Source: Chitinophaga pinensis (GTDB lineage: Bacteria > Pseudomonadota > Gammaproteobacteria > Burkholderiales > SG8-41). From it: a stretch of DNA of 32,000 nucleotides. A program made the position numbers and the translations under genes. Shown piece by piece: positions 1 to 7,437 of this stretch (its first letter is position 1; each line of letters begins with the position of its first letter). Under the pieces are notes generated by a model, which saw only the letters and a program-made list of their open reading frames with translations, made no database searches and was not told where the DNA came from. The stretch is from contig CALQCM020000007.1 in NCBI GenBank assembly GCA_943329075.2, positions 1 through 32,000 of the forward strand, written 5' to 3'.

Positions 1-123
1 CACAAGGGTGATGACGCGCGCCTTCGGATCTCCGAACACGCCGCGCACCGTCGGTTGCGGACGAAATCGATCGAACGCATACGCGTCCCACAGCCGCCGC
101 TTTCGCTTCGTTGAATTGGCCAT
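1..123 (-). CDS. 5' end of an unidentified GC-rich ORF running off the left edge
   Basis: ATG at 123-121 (cat on + strand) opens MANSTKRKRRLWDAYAFDRFRPQPTVRGVFGDPKARVITLV, with no stop before position 1. It is too short in-window to appear in the ORF track. Composition matches the GC-rich host DNA, not the adjacent AT-rich block. No family recognised. Confidence 0.3.
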   Translation of the reverse strand, partial: MANSTKRKRRLWDAYAFDRFRPQPTVRGVFGDPKARVITLV

Positions 124-425
124 CCAAACATGATGCCCAATTCAAAGCCTTTACGAAACCCCTGCAAGCCAGTAGTCATGCGGCTTTCAGGCATTTTTAT
201 CGCTCTTTTTACCCACTCGATTTCCTGAAGAGCCTTTTTATATAAGGCATTAGGCTTACCCTTTCCCCGCAACCTACGATTGCAATTAGAGGGCATCTCG
301 CTTTACAAGCTTTCACCAAATATATACTGACATCAATGGCTGGAAACCACAGAGGCCAATCGAAACATATACCCCTTGTATTAAGAGCGCCGAGCAAGCA
401 CCGTGAAATCAATTGATGCAACCCC

Positions 426-1232
426 CTAGCCGTCTCGTCTCGCCTCCAAAAGTTCTTTTTTTATTCCTTCACTCATTTCACTTTGCAGCCATGCCTCAAA
501 AACAACCATAGCATCTTTTCCTTTTTTTTCTAAAACTCCCTGCAGATCATAAGCGTTAATTCTCGCAATCTCAGAAAAATACTCACCAAGAATTGGAAAC
601 TTACGCTTTGCCTCAATCATATCCTCTATGTTCTCACTAACAATATTACAAAATACTATGGCTTTTATGTATTGAAAGATATGCATTGTCGAAGCAATAG
701 CATCGAATGTAATTTCTAACATATATCCACATTCATACTCATAGAGTATCCGCACTCTTTTTATTTCTTTTCCCAGATTACAGGCAATAGAATAATCGTG
801 CCCGCATAACTCCATAACACTTTTAAATAAATGAACGACCATCTGCACGGGTTCATTTTCGACCTCATAGATTGATTCTAATAAAACAGAATCTGCAGGA
901 TTTAATTCTATAACGTTAGATCCTATGTCTTTAAATTCATCGCAAAAATATACGAGCTCTCTAGCCAATGAATCTGACTTAACATCGCCCCATTGATCCG
1001 CCAGAGCGGCAATTTTCTCAAGAGGATTGCCGTATTTTTTCTCCATAAATTGATCCAGCCTATCGCCAAAGTAACGACTAAAAATAATAAATATGTATAA
1101 AAAAATTCCAATAACAATCAGAGGCAATACAAGCCATACCGAAAGGGGTTCAGGTACAATCATGCCAATTAAGAACGCAAGCGTGACTACTATTTGCAAA
1201 ATGCTCGTTGCGAATTTCTGGAACTCTTCCAT
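426..1232 (-). CDS. hypothetical membrane-anchored protein (two N-terminal TM helices plus ~200-aa soluble domain)
   Basis: 268-aa ORF with an ATG start. Hydrophobic helices are ILQIVVTLAFLIGMIV and VWLVLPLIVIGIFLYIFIIF, followed by a charged helical region. No recognisable catalytic motif. Confidence 0.55.
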   Translation of the reverse strand: MEEFQKFATSILQIVVTLAFLIGMIVPEPLSVWLVLPLIVIGIFLYIFIIFSRYFGDRLDQFMEKKYGNPLEKIAALADQWGDVKSDSLARELVYFCDEFKDIGSNVIELNPADSVLLESIYEVENEPVQMVVHLFKSVMELCGHDYSIACNLGKEIKRVRILYEYECGYMLEITFDAIASTMHIFQYIKAIVFCNIVSENIEDMIEAKRKFPILGEYFSEIARINAYDLQGVLEKKGKDAMVVFEAWLQSEMSEGIKKELLEARRDG

Positions 1233-1307
1233 TAAATCTCGCGTTTTTTCTATTTAGTTACTACCGATCTGGTAATTTTTATTGAATCTAGGCTGACCCC
1301 CTCTGCA

Positions 1308-1952
1308 TCAGCGATCTTCTTCTGGATAAATTATCCTACCCATTAACTCTGGTCCATTGTGTTCGAATGCACTGAGATCGACATCATTAAAATTGATAAC
1401 CGCAACACATTTATTTCCCTTAATAGCATTAAGTAGTTCTTCGTCGGTATCACACAAGTAAACGTGGCTGTTACATGTTTCGCAACTACGAATTTTTGGA
1501 AGGCATGGTATTTCCTTGAGTTCAGCCCACTTGAGAGTGCACTTGTATCCAATTTTGCAGTGCCGAATCACGGATTTCTCCGCCGGGGTCTTTGGCTTGA
1601 AGAAATTATTGACCTGCGCTATAGCTTCGTTAAAGTCGGTGACCTTGATGCCAATGCTCGGTTTACGCATCTTTTCTATGCGCTCATTGCGGATAACATA
1701 GCACCTCTTTCTTTTTAAAGTTCCTAGCGAAACGGTACCCAACACCTCCAACCCCTCCATGATGATAAATTTATGGCCGAGTAGCGGCGTATCTCCATGA
1801 AATTTATAATCACCAAACTCAAGGGCCCACTCCGGATGGTCTAGCGCCAACTTCTCAACGAGAGGTTTCAGAAACGGATGGGCATCGAATACGCGGGCAC
1901 ACTCATCCTCTTTCAAGAAACTGAACTTTATATTTGCGTACGTCATATCCAT
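1308..1952 (-). CDS. hypothetical protein with C-terminal six-cysteine (zinc-ribbon-like) domain
   Basis: 214-aa ORF. GGAGG abuts the first ATG, so the second ATG at 1946 (spacing 6) is the likelier start. The C-terminal segment RHCKIGYKCTLKWAELKEIPCLPKIRSCETCNSHVYLCDTDEELLNAIKGNKCVAVINF aligns with ORF 6154..6426, and all six Cys are conserved. Confidence 0.6.
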   Translation of the reverse strand: MDMTYANIKFSFLKEDECARVFDAHPFLKPLVEKLALDHPEWALEFGDYKFHGDTPLLGHKFIIMEGLEVLGTVSLGTLKRKRCYVIRNERIEKMRKPSIGIKVTDFNEAIAQVNNFFKPKTPAEKSVIRHCKIGYKCTLKWAELKEIPCLPKIRSCETCNSHVYLCDTDEELLNAIKGNKCVAVINFNDVDLSAFEHNGPELMGRIIYPEEDR

Positions 1953-2129
1953 CCTCCGTTAGCAGTCGGATTCATTAAGAACGTCATTCCTAACCTTGCG
2001 CAATTAAAACTTCCGAGTCGTTCTTAATCTATTGGATGCAACCTTTTACAGGCCCTATACCGACCAACTGGCCTAAGCCGCAACAGAGAAGTCCGAATAA
2101 CCTTCTATTAACTCCTTACGGCGCAACGC

Positions 2130-2996
2130 TTACCAGTAATACCACTTTAAATACCATTTAATTTGATCGAATGTCTCACCGCAAGCGCTTCTTCTTTTAT
2201 CTTCTTTAAATTTTGCCGGATGGTAATTAAATAAACCATCAAAAACCGTGAACTGCTCACGTATCCAGTCTTTATCCCAGTCTGGGGATTTCCCGCCACA
2301 CTGCCAATTGTTTTTATCCAAGACAACGCAATCATCTAATTTTTTCAACTCAACATACTTCTCTCTTTTATCTCTTCCGTAATTAAAAGTCCCTTCTGTC
2401 TTTTCAATTACATCATTATTTTTTAGGGTATAGGTAAGAACCTCGGGGCTCATTTTCGACCCTACTTCACATCCAATAAAAATCGTTTTTATCTCTCCGT
2501 CGAAATAACACACAGCCTCGACCGAAACAATTATTCCAAAAACAAAAACAAAAACAAATTTTCTGTATATTTTAAATATATTTATATTATCCGTTACCCT
2601 CGCCTTCCCAACATTTTTCACGCTAAGAATTTGCCTAGATTTCTCCTTCTTATCGTCATATCCAAGATACAAAATAATACATAGCTTTACCGCCAACAGC
2701 GAACCAGCTCCGATCAGCAATCCTTCCTTAGTATTTGTGTTCAACATACCAAATACGTCTGAATCAGATTTAACGAAGAGTGCAAAAGCGGAAAGTATTA
2801 CGGCATTTATAATTGCGACAACCTTAACCCAGCGAAATATATCGTCAGAACGTCCCTTGTAAGCTAGGTAGCCGATATAAATCCAAAACAACTGATAGGG
2901 TGACCCTTTGTTTCCAGCAACCAACACCAATAGAAACATCAGCACCGATACTGCGAGGATTCCCCATCTGCGCCTTACGTTACTCGGATCAGACAT
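2130..2996 (-). CDS. hypothetical multi-pass membrane protein with Cys/Trp-rich C-terminal region
   Basis: 288-aa ORF with an ATG preceded by GGGGGGAG. Hydrophobic segments are WGILAVSVLMFLLVLVAG, VVAIINAVILSAFALFV, LLIGAGSLLAVKLCIILYL and FVFVFVFGIIVSV. The C-terminus is WQCGGKSPDWDKDW...ACGETFDQIKWYLKWYYW. Confidence 0.55.
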   Translation of the reverse strand: MSDPSNVRRRWGILAVSVLMFLLVLVAGNKGSPYQLFWIYIGYLAYKGRSDDIFRWVKVVAIINAVILSAFALFVKSDSDVFGMLNTNTKEGLLIGAGSLLAVKLCIILYLGYDDKKEKSRQILSVKNVGKARVTDNINIFKIYRKFVFVFVFGIIVSVEAVCYFDGEIKTIFIGCEVGSKMSPEVLTYTLKNNDVIEKTEGTFNYGRDKREKYVELKKLDDCVVLDKNNWQCGGKSPDWDKDWIREQFTVFDGLFNYHPAKFKEDKRRSACGETFDQIKWYLKWYYW

Positions 2997-3641
2997 ATCA
3001 CTCCCCCCGCCATTCCTGCTTCAGCCATTTGCTCTGCTTCATACCGCTCTCCAGAAATTTCTTTGGGTGAAAAATCAATCGAGGCAAATTTTGCTACGCT
3101 AGCGGGCGAAGGTGATTGAGGCAGATATATCGTTGCTACGCGCAGGTCTCTTGCATGGATACTACGCCGTAACCCAATCGCGACATTGCAAAAAATATAT
3201 ACCCCCCCGGTCAAGGCATTTGAAAAACCAAGGGGGGGGGCTTTCCTATAGCGGGGTGGGTGGGCGGTCGGCTGGCGATTTTTACACCTTACCTGGTACC
3301 AGTTATGGTGTCAGCGCCATCACACAGATCGTTCGTACAGATCATTGTGCATAGCCGACGCGGGAGGAAGTAAACAAATTCCGGGGGGTGCCGGGTGGGT
3401 GGGGGTCGAAGTAGAACGAAATTGCTCTGCGAGACGGTAAAACGCTAAAAAACCTGGTAGCCGGACAGGTCACACGTTGTGCGGCTAAACATACGCGTCG
3501 ATGCTAAAACCTTCACCGGAACGATAAGCATGGCGCTTACCGTCTGACCGAAATGGTTCGGTCAAGCCCAAGTTTTCCAGCGTCTAATTTTTAGTTCGCT
3601 GGATACGTTGTGCCGTAGGTGCTTGATTACTTGAGGTGGGG

Positions 3642-3687
3642 TGGTGCCGCTGCCCGGATTCGAACTGGGGACCTTCGCATTACGAAT
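3642..3687 (-). repeat. tRNA-Thr 3'-half remnant (distal att direct repeat of the island)
   Basis: tggtgccgctgcccggattcgaactggggaccttcgcattacgaat matches 13094-13139 at 43 of 46 positions in the same orientation. It includes the CCA end, the acceptor 3' strand, the T-arm and the 3' side of the anticodon stem. Confidence 0.85.
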
Positions 3688-3735
3688 TATTGAATAGGCG
3701 GTTTTCGCCGTTGTTTTTATTGATGTTTTTTATGT

Positions 3736-3756
3736 GTAGTATAGTTTGTAGTATAG
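3736..3756 (+). repeat. two direct GTAGTATAG 9-mers (candidate integrase arm-type sites, distal end)
   Basis: gtagtatag occurs at 3736-3744 and 3748-3756. The same 9-mer occurs as an inverted pair at 13045-13068, next to the integrase and tRNA. Confidence 0.6.
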
Positions 3757-3851
3757 TGCCGGCGCTAAAATAATATAATAATATCAGTTACTTAGAGCGT
3801 TTTTCGCGCACCACAATCCACCACAAACCGACTAAACGCGATCACCGTTAC

Positions 3852-3868
3852 TTTGCGTAACGGTCACA
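3852..3868 (+). repeat. 17-nt repeat TTTGCGTAACGGTCACA, copy 1
   Basis: Exact 17-mer shared with 6476-6492. Here it forms the 3' arm of the hairpin ACCGTTAC-TTTGC-GTAACGGT (3845-3865). Function unknown. Confidence 0.6.
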
Positions 3869-3878
3869 CACGCTGAGC

Positions 3879-3901
3879 AAGTGTCTTTCAAAACGACACT
3901 T
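3879..3901 (-). repeat. 23-nt hairpin element, copy 1 (AAGTGTC-TTTCAAAAC-GACACTT)
   Basis: 7-bp stem and 9-nt loop. It lies 41 nt 3' of the stop of ORF 3942..4262/4286. It is identical to the reverse complement of 8848-8870. Confidence 0.8.
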
Positions 3902-3941
3902 CAACGCTCGAAGTCAAATATTTTACTTAGTTCCCAAAAAA

Positions 3942-4262
3942 CTAATCTCGCGAAATTTTCTCAGAAGATTTATTTTTATCAGCAACCTGTGGCGCGGTTT
4001 TATATAGCAACAGAGCAGTAGAAAAATCGAAAATAACCCATACTTCCTTTGGATGAAAAAACGGGGAAAACGGGTTAAATAAAATTGCCACCAATAGGTA
4101 GTATATAGGGGTAGCTTCTCGTCCTTGCTCATACGCTATTAATGCACCGAGCGCAAAAGTACCGCATACCACAACGCGAAGTAAAACATAGTAGGCGTAC
4201 GGCAAAGGTAAGACCGCAATAAGTAGCATTGCTATACAAATATTTTTGATGTATTTTGGCAT
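3942..4262 (-). CDS. small hypothetical membrane protein
   Basis: The ORF-track entry 3942..4286 begins at a TTG. The first ATG is at 4262 (MPKYIKNICIAMLLIAVLPLPYAYYVLLRVVVCGTFALGALIAY...). There are three hydrophobic helices. The start choice is uncertain. Confidence 0.5.
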   Translation of the reverse strand: MPKYIKNICIAMLLIAVLPLPYAYYVLLRVVVCGTFALGALIAYEQGREATPIYYLLVAILFNPFSPFFHPKEVWVIFDFSTALLLYKTAPQVADKNKSSEKISRD

Positions 4263-4364
4263 ACTAAGAGTTATTTTCCGCCACAATACTTCCCACTAAT
4301 TTTATCAAGCAAAGTAGAATATTAATAGTTACCCTACACTATTGTAGGATCAATATGAAAAATC

Positions 4365-4760
4365 CTATATCGCCCAATAACGTCCGCTTGAATAAATTCC
4401 TTCCTCATATTTTCTTGCATCCCAGAATTTCTCTTTTGGCATATAGCACTCAAAACTTGAACGGCTATCAAACCTAAAAAATCGATTATTGCTAAGGGCA
4501 GAGTAAGCTGAGTAGTAAGAACTAAAATCGATAGAATCAACGACGGCCGAATATTCATCATTGATTATAGTGTACGGATTCCGACCTAGTGTTTTCCCGC
4601 AGTCGTGGAAGAAGTAAACCGTAGCCGTGAAATTCTCACAACAATCAATCAAAGCCCAGTTGTGTTGACCTTGCTCAATTATTTTCCAATACCATTTTCG
4701 AGAACCGATCTCAAATAGCGGCGGTATTCTATTTGCCAAACCGCCAAAATTTCTAATCAT
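4365..4760 (-). CDS. hypothetical protein
   Basis: 131-aa ORF with an ATG start, aromatic-rich, no TM segment and no recognised motif. No clear Shine-Dalgarno sequence. Confidence 0.45.
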   Translation of the reverse strand: MIRNFGGLANRIPPLFEIGSRKWYWKIIEQGQHNWALIDCCENFTATVYFFHDCGKTLGRNPYTIINDEYSAVVDSIDFSSYYSAYSALSNNRFFRFDSRSSFECYMPKEKFWDARKYEEGIYSSGRYWAI

Positions 4761-4819
4761 TTTTGAATAACAATAATTGTAAAATCGCGCATGAAATTAA
4801 AATAGATTGGGCAATTCTC

Positions 4820-5197
4820 TTAAGCAATGACAAGAGATATCATCCAAAGTATCAGAAGTGGAATTGAGGGTATACCTACAAAACCGATAGCCCAACCACT
4901 TTTATTGAGCCCTAATGCAATTTCTAACTTGACAAGCACAAGCGTACAAACAGGTATGCTCAGAAACACTAACACAAGCGGATAGTACCAACGAGTTGCA
5001 TATCCAATATACAACAGTAAACCAACATATATTGGCATCGCACTTGTTAGACGCATTGTTAGACGCAGAACTGGATTTAACGTTGCTTTCCCCCTAGATA
5101 CGGTAACAAGAAAGCTCGATTGATGCCCAACAAACCAAAAAAACGTCGAGTATGCAAGGACAAGTAACACAAAATTAGTTGAAAATATCTCGTTCAT
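4820..5197 (-). CDS. small hypothetical four-helix membrane protein
   Basis: 125-aa ORF that is almost entirely hydrophobic helices (FVLLVLAYSTFFWFV, MPIYVGLLLYIGY, YYPLVLVFLSIPVCTLVLV, WAIGFVGIPSIPLLILWMISLVI). Confidence 0.5.
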   Translation of the reverse strand: MNEIFSTNFVLLVLAYSTFFWFVGHQSSFLVTVSRGKATLNPVLRLTMRLTSAMPIYVGLLLYIGYATRWYYPLVLVFLSIPVCTLVLVKLEIALGLNKSGWAIGFVGIPSIPLLILWMISLVIA

Positions 5198-5286
5198 TTT
5201 TCACTTAATTTGTCTTTGTATTGTTCAACGTTTGGGTATCTTCGTGTTCAAAACTGAATCCTGAGGCTACACTCATCACGCACAGC

Positions 5287-5309
5287 AAGTGGCTTTAAAA
5301 ACGACACTT
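5287..5309 (-). repeat. 23-nt hairpin element, copy 2 (variant AAGTGGC-TTTAAAAAC-GACACTT)
   Basis: Matches copy 1 at 21 of 23 positions, and the left flank also matches (CAGCAAGTG). It lies 3' of ORF 5421..6017 and 5' of ORF 4820..5197. Confidence 0.7.
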
Positions 5310-5420
5310 CAGCTTAATACAGCGAACTGTTCACGCTTGTCACCACTCCTCTCAGCAGCCACTAGCCAACGTGATGCTATATCATGCTAAATCTATGTGT
5401 TTCCCTTGCCATCATTAAGG

Positions 5421-6017
5421 CTAACAGTCGCTATCAGTTTTGGGCAACCCTAATATTGCCCACTCCGCGTCCGTAAGGCGTTTTATTATGTGACAATTGT
5501 GCTTAGGGGGCAAAGAAAAGTTTCTACATCCCCACATGTATGAACCACCCTTAGTGTTTTTTAACTCAAAAGGGATATTGCATTTGGAACAATGAGGGGC
5601 TACCTTCTGAAGTGCTTTTTCTTTGTCTTTTAGCTCTTTTTCCACTTCAATCGTTGCTTGTGTGGGTAAGCTAGCTCTTTTCAACTCACAGGTTCTGATT
5701 GCCCGTAACGCCTCTGCACGAATAGTCGCATCGGTTGCTGCCGGCAGAAGCTCTTTAATTGTCGCAACGAATTCGTCACAATCATTTTGTGAAATAACAT
5801 AGTCGATATCCGTTAAGGCCTCAATAACAGCTTTATTTCCATCAACCACCAAAACACTAATGTTGGCATCGAATAATACTAAAAAGCCGCCAGAGCGATC
5901 ACGCTGTATTTTGTTACGCTTCCGTTTTTTACCAAGCTCCCTCGCAAACTCTCTTGCCTTTGAATACGATTCAAACCTCTGCTCCGTTTCCATTGGCAAA
6001 TCAGAAGGGGATGTCAT
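5421..6017 (-). CDS. hypothetical protein with C-terminal topoisomerase-type C4 zinc ribbon
   Basis: 198-aa ORF with GAGG 7 nt upstream of the ATG. The C-terminal HCSKCNIPFELKNTKGGSYMWGCRNFSLPPKHNC fits the CxxC...GC...C pattern of Topo I-type C4 zinc fingers. The N-terminal part is unassigned. Confidence 0.6.
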   Translation of the reverse strand: MTSPSDLPMETEQRFESYSKAREFARELGKKRKRNKIQRDRSGGFLVLFDANISVLVVDGNKAVIEALTDIDYVISQNDCDEFVATIKELLPAATDATIRAEALRAIRTCELKRASLPTQATIEVEKELKDKEKALQKVAPHCSKCNIPFELKNTKGGSYMWGCRNFSLPPKHNCHIIKRLTDAEWAILGLPKTDSDC

Positions 6018-6038
6018 CTTCGGCCTCGCGCGGCACCC

Positions 6039-6146
6039 CTAATGTATGACACCTTTGTTCTTTTCCCAGTAAACATTTTCGCCCCTTATTACGACTTTTC
6101 CGCATCTACCACAATGACTTTTGCATTTTGATGCTATGAGTCTCAT
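6039..6146 (-). CDS. possible 35-aa zinc-ribbon micro-ORF (not in ORF track)
   Basis: ATG at 6146 and TAG at 6041-6039. It reads MRLIASKCKSHCGRCGKVVIRGENVYWEKNKGVIH, with a CxxHCxxC cluster. It starts 7 nt after the stop of ORF 6154..6426. No Shine-Dalgarno sequence, so support is weak. Confidence 0.2.
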   Translation of the reverse strand: MRLIASKCKSHCGRCGKVVIRGENVYWEKNKGVIH

Positions 6147-6153
6147 TTATTGC

Positions 6154-6426
6154 TCAATAAGGTATATCGTCATCTTCTAGATCTGTTTTTCTACGGACCA
6201 CACCCATTAGTCGAGTAATATTTTTTGTCGTTGCAGTCTCAAAGTCTACAGCAACACACCTATTCAAAACTATTGACTCGCGCAACTGATCATCTGCCTT
6301 ACAGAAGAAAACCTCTCGTTGACAAGCATCGCAAAAACGAACATCAGTGTTTTTTGTTTGCGTCAGTGCCTCCCATTTCTTTTCACACTTAAACGCGAAG
6401 ACACAGTTACGAATAAACGTAGTCAT
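6154..6426 (-). CDS. small six-cysteine (zinc-ribbon-like) domain protein, paralogous to the C-terminus of ORF 1308..1952
   Basis: 90-aa ORF. RNCVFAFKCEKKWEALTQTKNTDVRFCDACQREVFFCKADDQLRESIVLNRCVAVDF aligns with ORF 1308..1952. The pattern is C-x5-C-x18/19-C-x2-C-x5-C-x14-CVAV. Confidence 0.6.
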   Translation of the reverse strand: MTTFIRNCVFAFKCEKKWEALTQTKNTDVRFCDACQREVFFCKADDQLRESIVLNRCVAVDFETATTKNITRLMGVVRRKTDLEDDDIPY

Positions 6427-6475
6427 ATGTGTTTTTAACCTTTATCTAACTCTATATGCCGCCTACGGCATAACT

Positions 6476-6492
6476 TTTGCGTAACGGTCACA
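6476..6492 (+). repeat. 17-nt repeat TTTGCGTAACGGTCACA, copy 2
   Basis: Exact match to 3852-3868. It lies in the gap between ORF 6494..6688 (stop 2 nt away) and ORF 6154..6426. Confidence 0.6.
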
Positions 6493-6493
6493 A

Positions 6494-6688
6494 TTAAATC
6501 CCCGCTATTGCTTTCTGCACCGTTGCCAGCGTCTGCTGTGCTTTACGCTGTTGCTGTCGGGCACGTTCAGCTTGGACAGCTTGATCTGCACGTTTGGCGC
6601 TTGCTTTCATTGTGGCAATACGTTGCTGGTCGGGTGTCAGCGGTTTGTTGGGCTTGATGGTCTTCGGTTGGATTTCATGTAGGCGCAT
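6494..6688 (-). CDS. small basic Gln/Ala/Arg-rich hypothetical protein
   Basis: 64-aa ORF with a predicted helical, highly basic C-terminal half (AKRADQAVQAERARQQQRKAQQ). No obvious Shine-Dalgarno sequence. Confidence 0.4.
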   Translation of the reverse strand: MRLHEIQPKTIKPNKPLTPDQQRIATMKASAKRADQAVQAERARQQQRKAQQTLATVQKAIAGI

Positions 6689-6703
6689 TGGGTATTTAGT
6701 GAA

Positions 6704-6748
6704 CCTTGCAGTACCAGTTTACAAATAAATTTGCGTGATACTGCAAGG
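6704..6748. promoter_or_regulatory. perfect 10-bp inverted repeat CCTTGCAGTA-N25-TACTGCAAGG
   Basis: The arms are at 6704-6713 and 6739-6748. It lies between the stop of ORF 6770..7204 and the start of ORF 6494..6688, near the boundary between the mid-GC backbone and the AT-rich cargo (~6430-6700). No U-run follows on the minus strand. The spacer contains TTTGCGTGA, which resembles the 17-nt repeat. Confidence 0.4.
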
Positions 6749-6769
6749 GCCAGACACTAAACGCCGTTG

Positions 6770-7204
6770 CTAACGCTTGAAGCCCCGACGCACACCCGCG
6801 CTGACCGCCTCAATCTGAGTGTCAATTTCGCCACTTTCCACTGCTTTACGCAAAACAGCAAGCGTTGCGGTCAATTCTGCCGCAGTCGTTTCCACCGCAG
6901 TGCGTCCTTTTGCCAATTCCACCACCTTGTTGCCGTATTTCACAGCAACACACACCTTACCCCCGTCCACAGCCCAAAACCACGCTTTTAGACGTTTGGG
7001 CTGCTGAACCACGCTGACATTGCCCGCCGCATCTTTAACCCGCTTGCTACGCATAGCCGTGTAAACAGTGCCAGCCGCTTTTGCCGCCGCCAGTGCGATC
7101 TGCTCATCCAGCTTTGCCAACAGCTTTTGACGACGCTGTATGACAGGGTTGTTTTCGCGTTGTGGTTTTGCGGCTACCAATTTCAGTGTGTTCAGTGTGC
7201 TCAT
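6770..7204 (-). CDS. conserved-looking hypothetical protein
   Basis: The ORF track starts at 7219, but GGGAGA lies 7 nt upstream of the ATG at 7204 (MSTLNTLKLVAAKPQ...). From memory, it resembles a hypothetical-protein family common in proteobacterial islands. That cannot be verified here. Confidence 0.6.
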   Translation of the reverse strand: MSTLNTLKLVAAKPQRENNPVIQRRQKLLAKLDEQIALAAAKAAGTVYTAMRSKRVKDAAGNVSVVQQPKRLKAWFWAVDGGKVCVAVKYGNKVVELAKGRTAVETTAAELTATLAVLRKAVESGEIDTQIEAVSAGVRRGFKR

Positions 7205-7310
7205 TTGTCGTTCTCCCAATAGTTAACCTACTGAACACACGATAACGCCTGATTTTGGTGATCGCGACCGAAGATTATTTCTGCATTTTGTTTGGTTTGC
7301 ATAAATAACT

Positions 7311-7437
7311 GTGAGTTGCTTGGTGAGTTGCATTAGTTGCTTATTGGTAAATAAGTTTCTTGTCACAAGTTACTAGTAACAAGTTACGTATTTGCAGACA
7401 AATGAGTAACTACGACTAGTGACAAGCAACAAGTGAC
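7311..7437. promoter_or_regulatory. cluster of iteron-like short repeats in a divergent intergenic region
   Basis: GTGAGTTGC occurs at 7311 and 7323, with ATTAGTTGC at 7332 and an inverted GCAACT at 7472. ACAAGTTAC occurs at 7365 and 7379, ACAAGCAAC at 7422 and ACAAGTGAC at 7429. A perfect 12-bp palindrome GTTACTAGTAAC is at 7369-7380. Confidence 0.55.

Larger units (their letters stand above)
190..3641. mobile_element. AT-rich accessory block without an integrase, lying outside the distal tRNA-Thr repeat (possible decayed tandem island)
   Basis: Composition drops sharply near 190 and stays AT-rich. All ORFs are on the minus strand, like the island cargo. ORF 1308..1952 shares a six-Cys domain with island ORF 6154..6426. 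No integrase and no second tRNA repeat were found. The left boundary is approximate. Confidence 0.4.

Noticed and set aside
149-162. Possible third copy of the tRNA-Thr att repeat (cctttacgaaacc) at the left edge of the AT-rich DNA
   Set aside because: Only about 10 nt resemble ccttcgcattacgaat, and they are interrupted. That is too short to distinguish from chance.
209-421. 70-aa minus-strand ORF
   Set aside because: No ribosome-binding site, odd Cys/Leu-rich composition and no motif. Coding cannot be supported. The region may simply be intergenic.
7311-7437. CRISPR-like array
   Set aside because: The repeats are only 9 nt, irregularly spaced and of two families. There are no spacers of uniform length and no cas genes.
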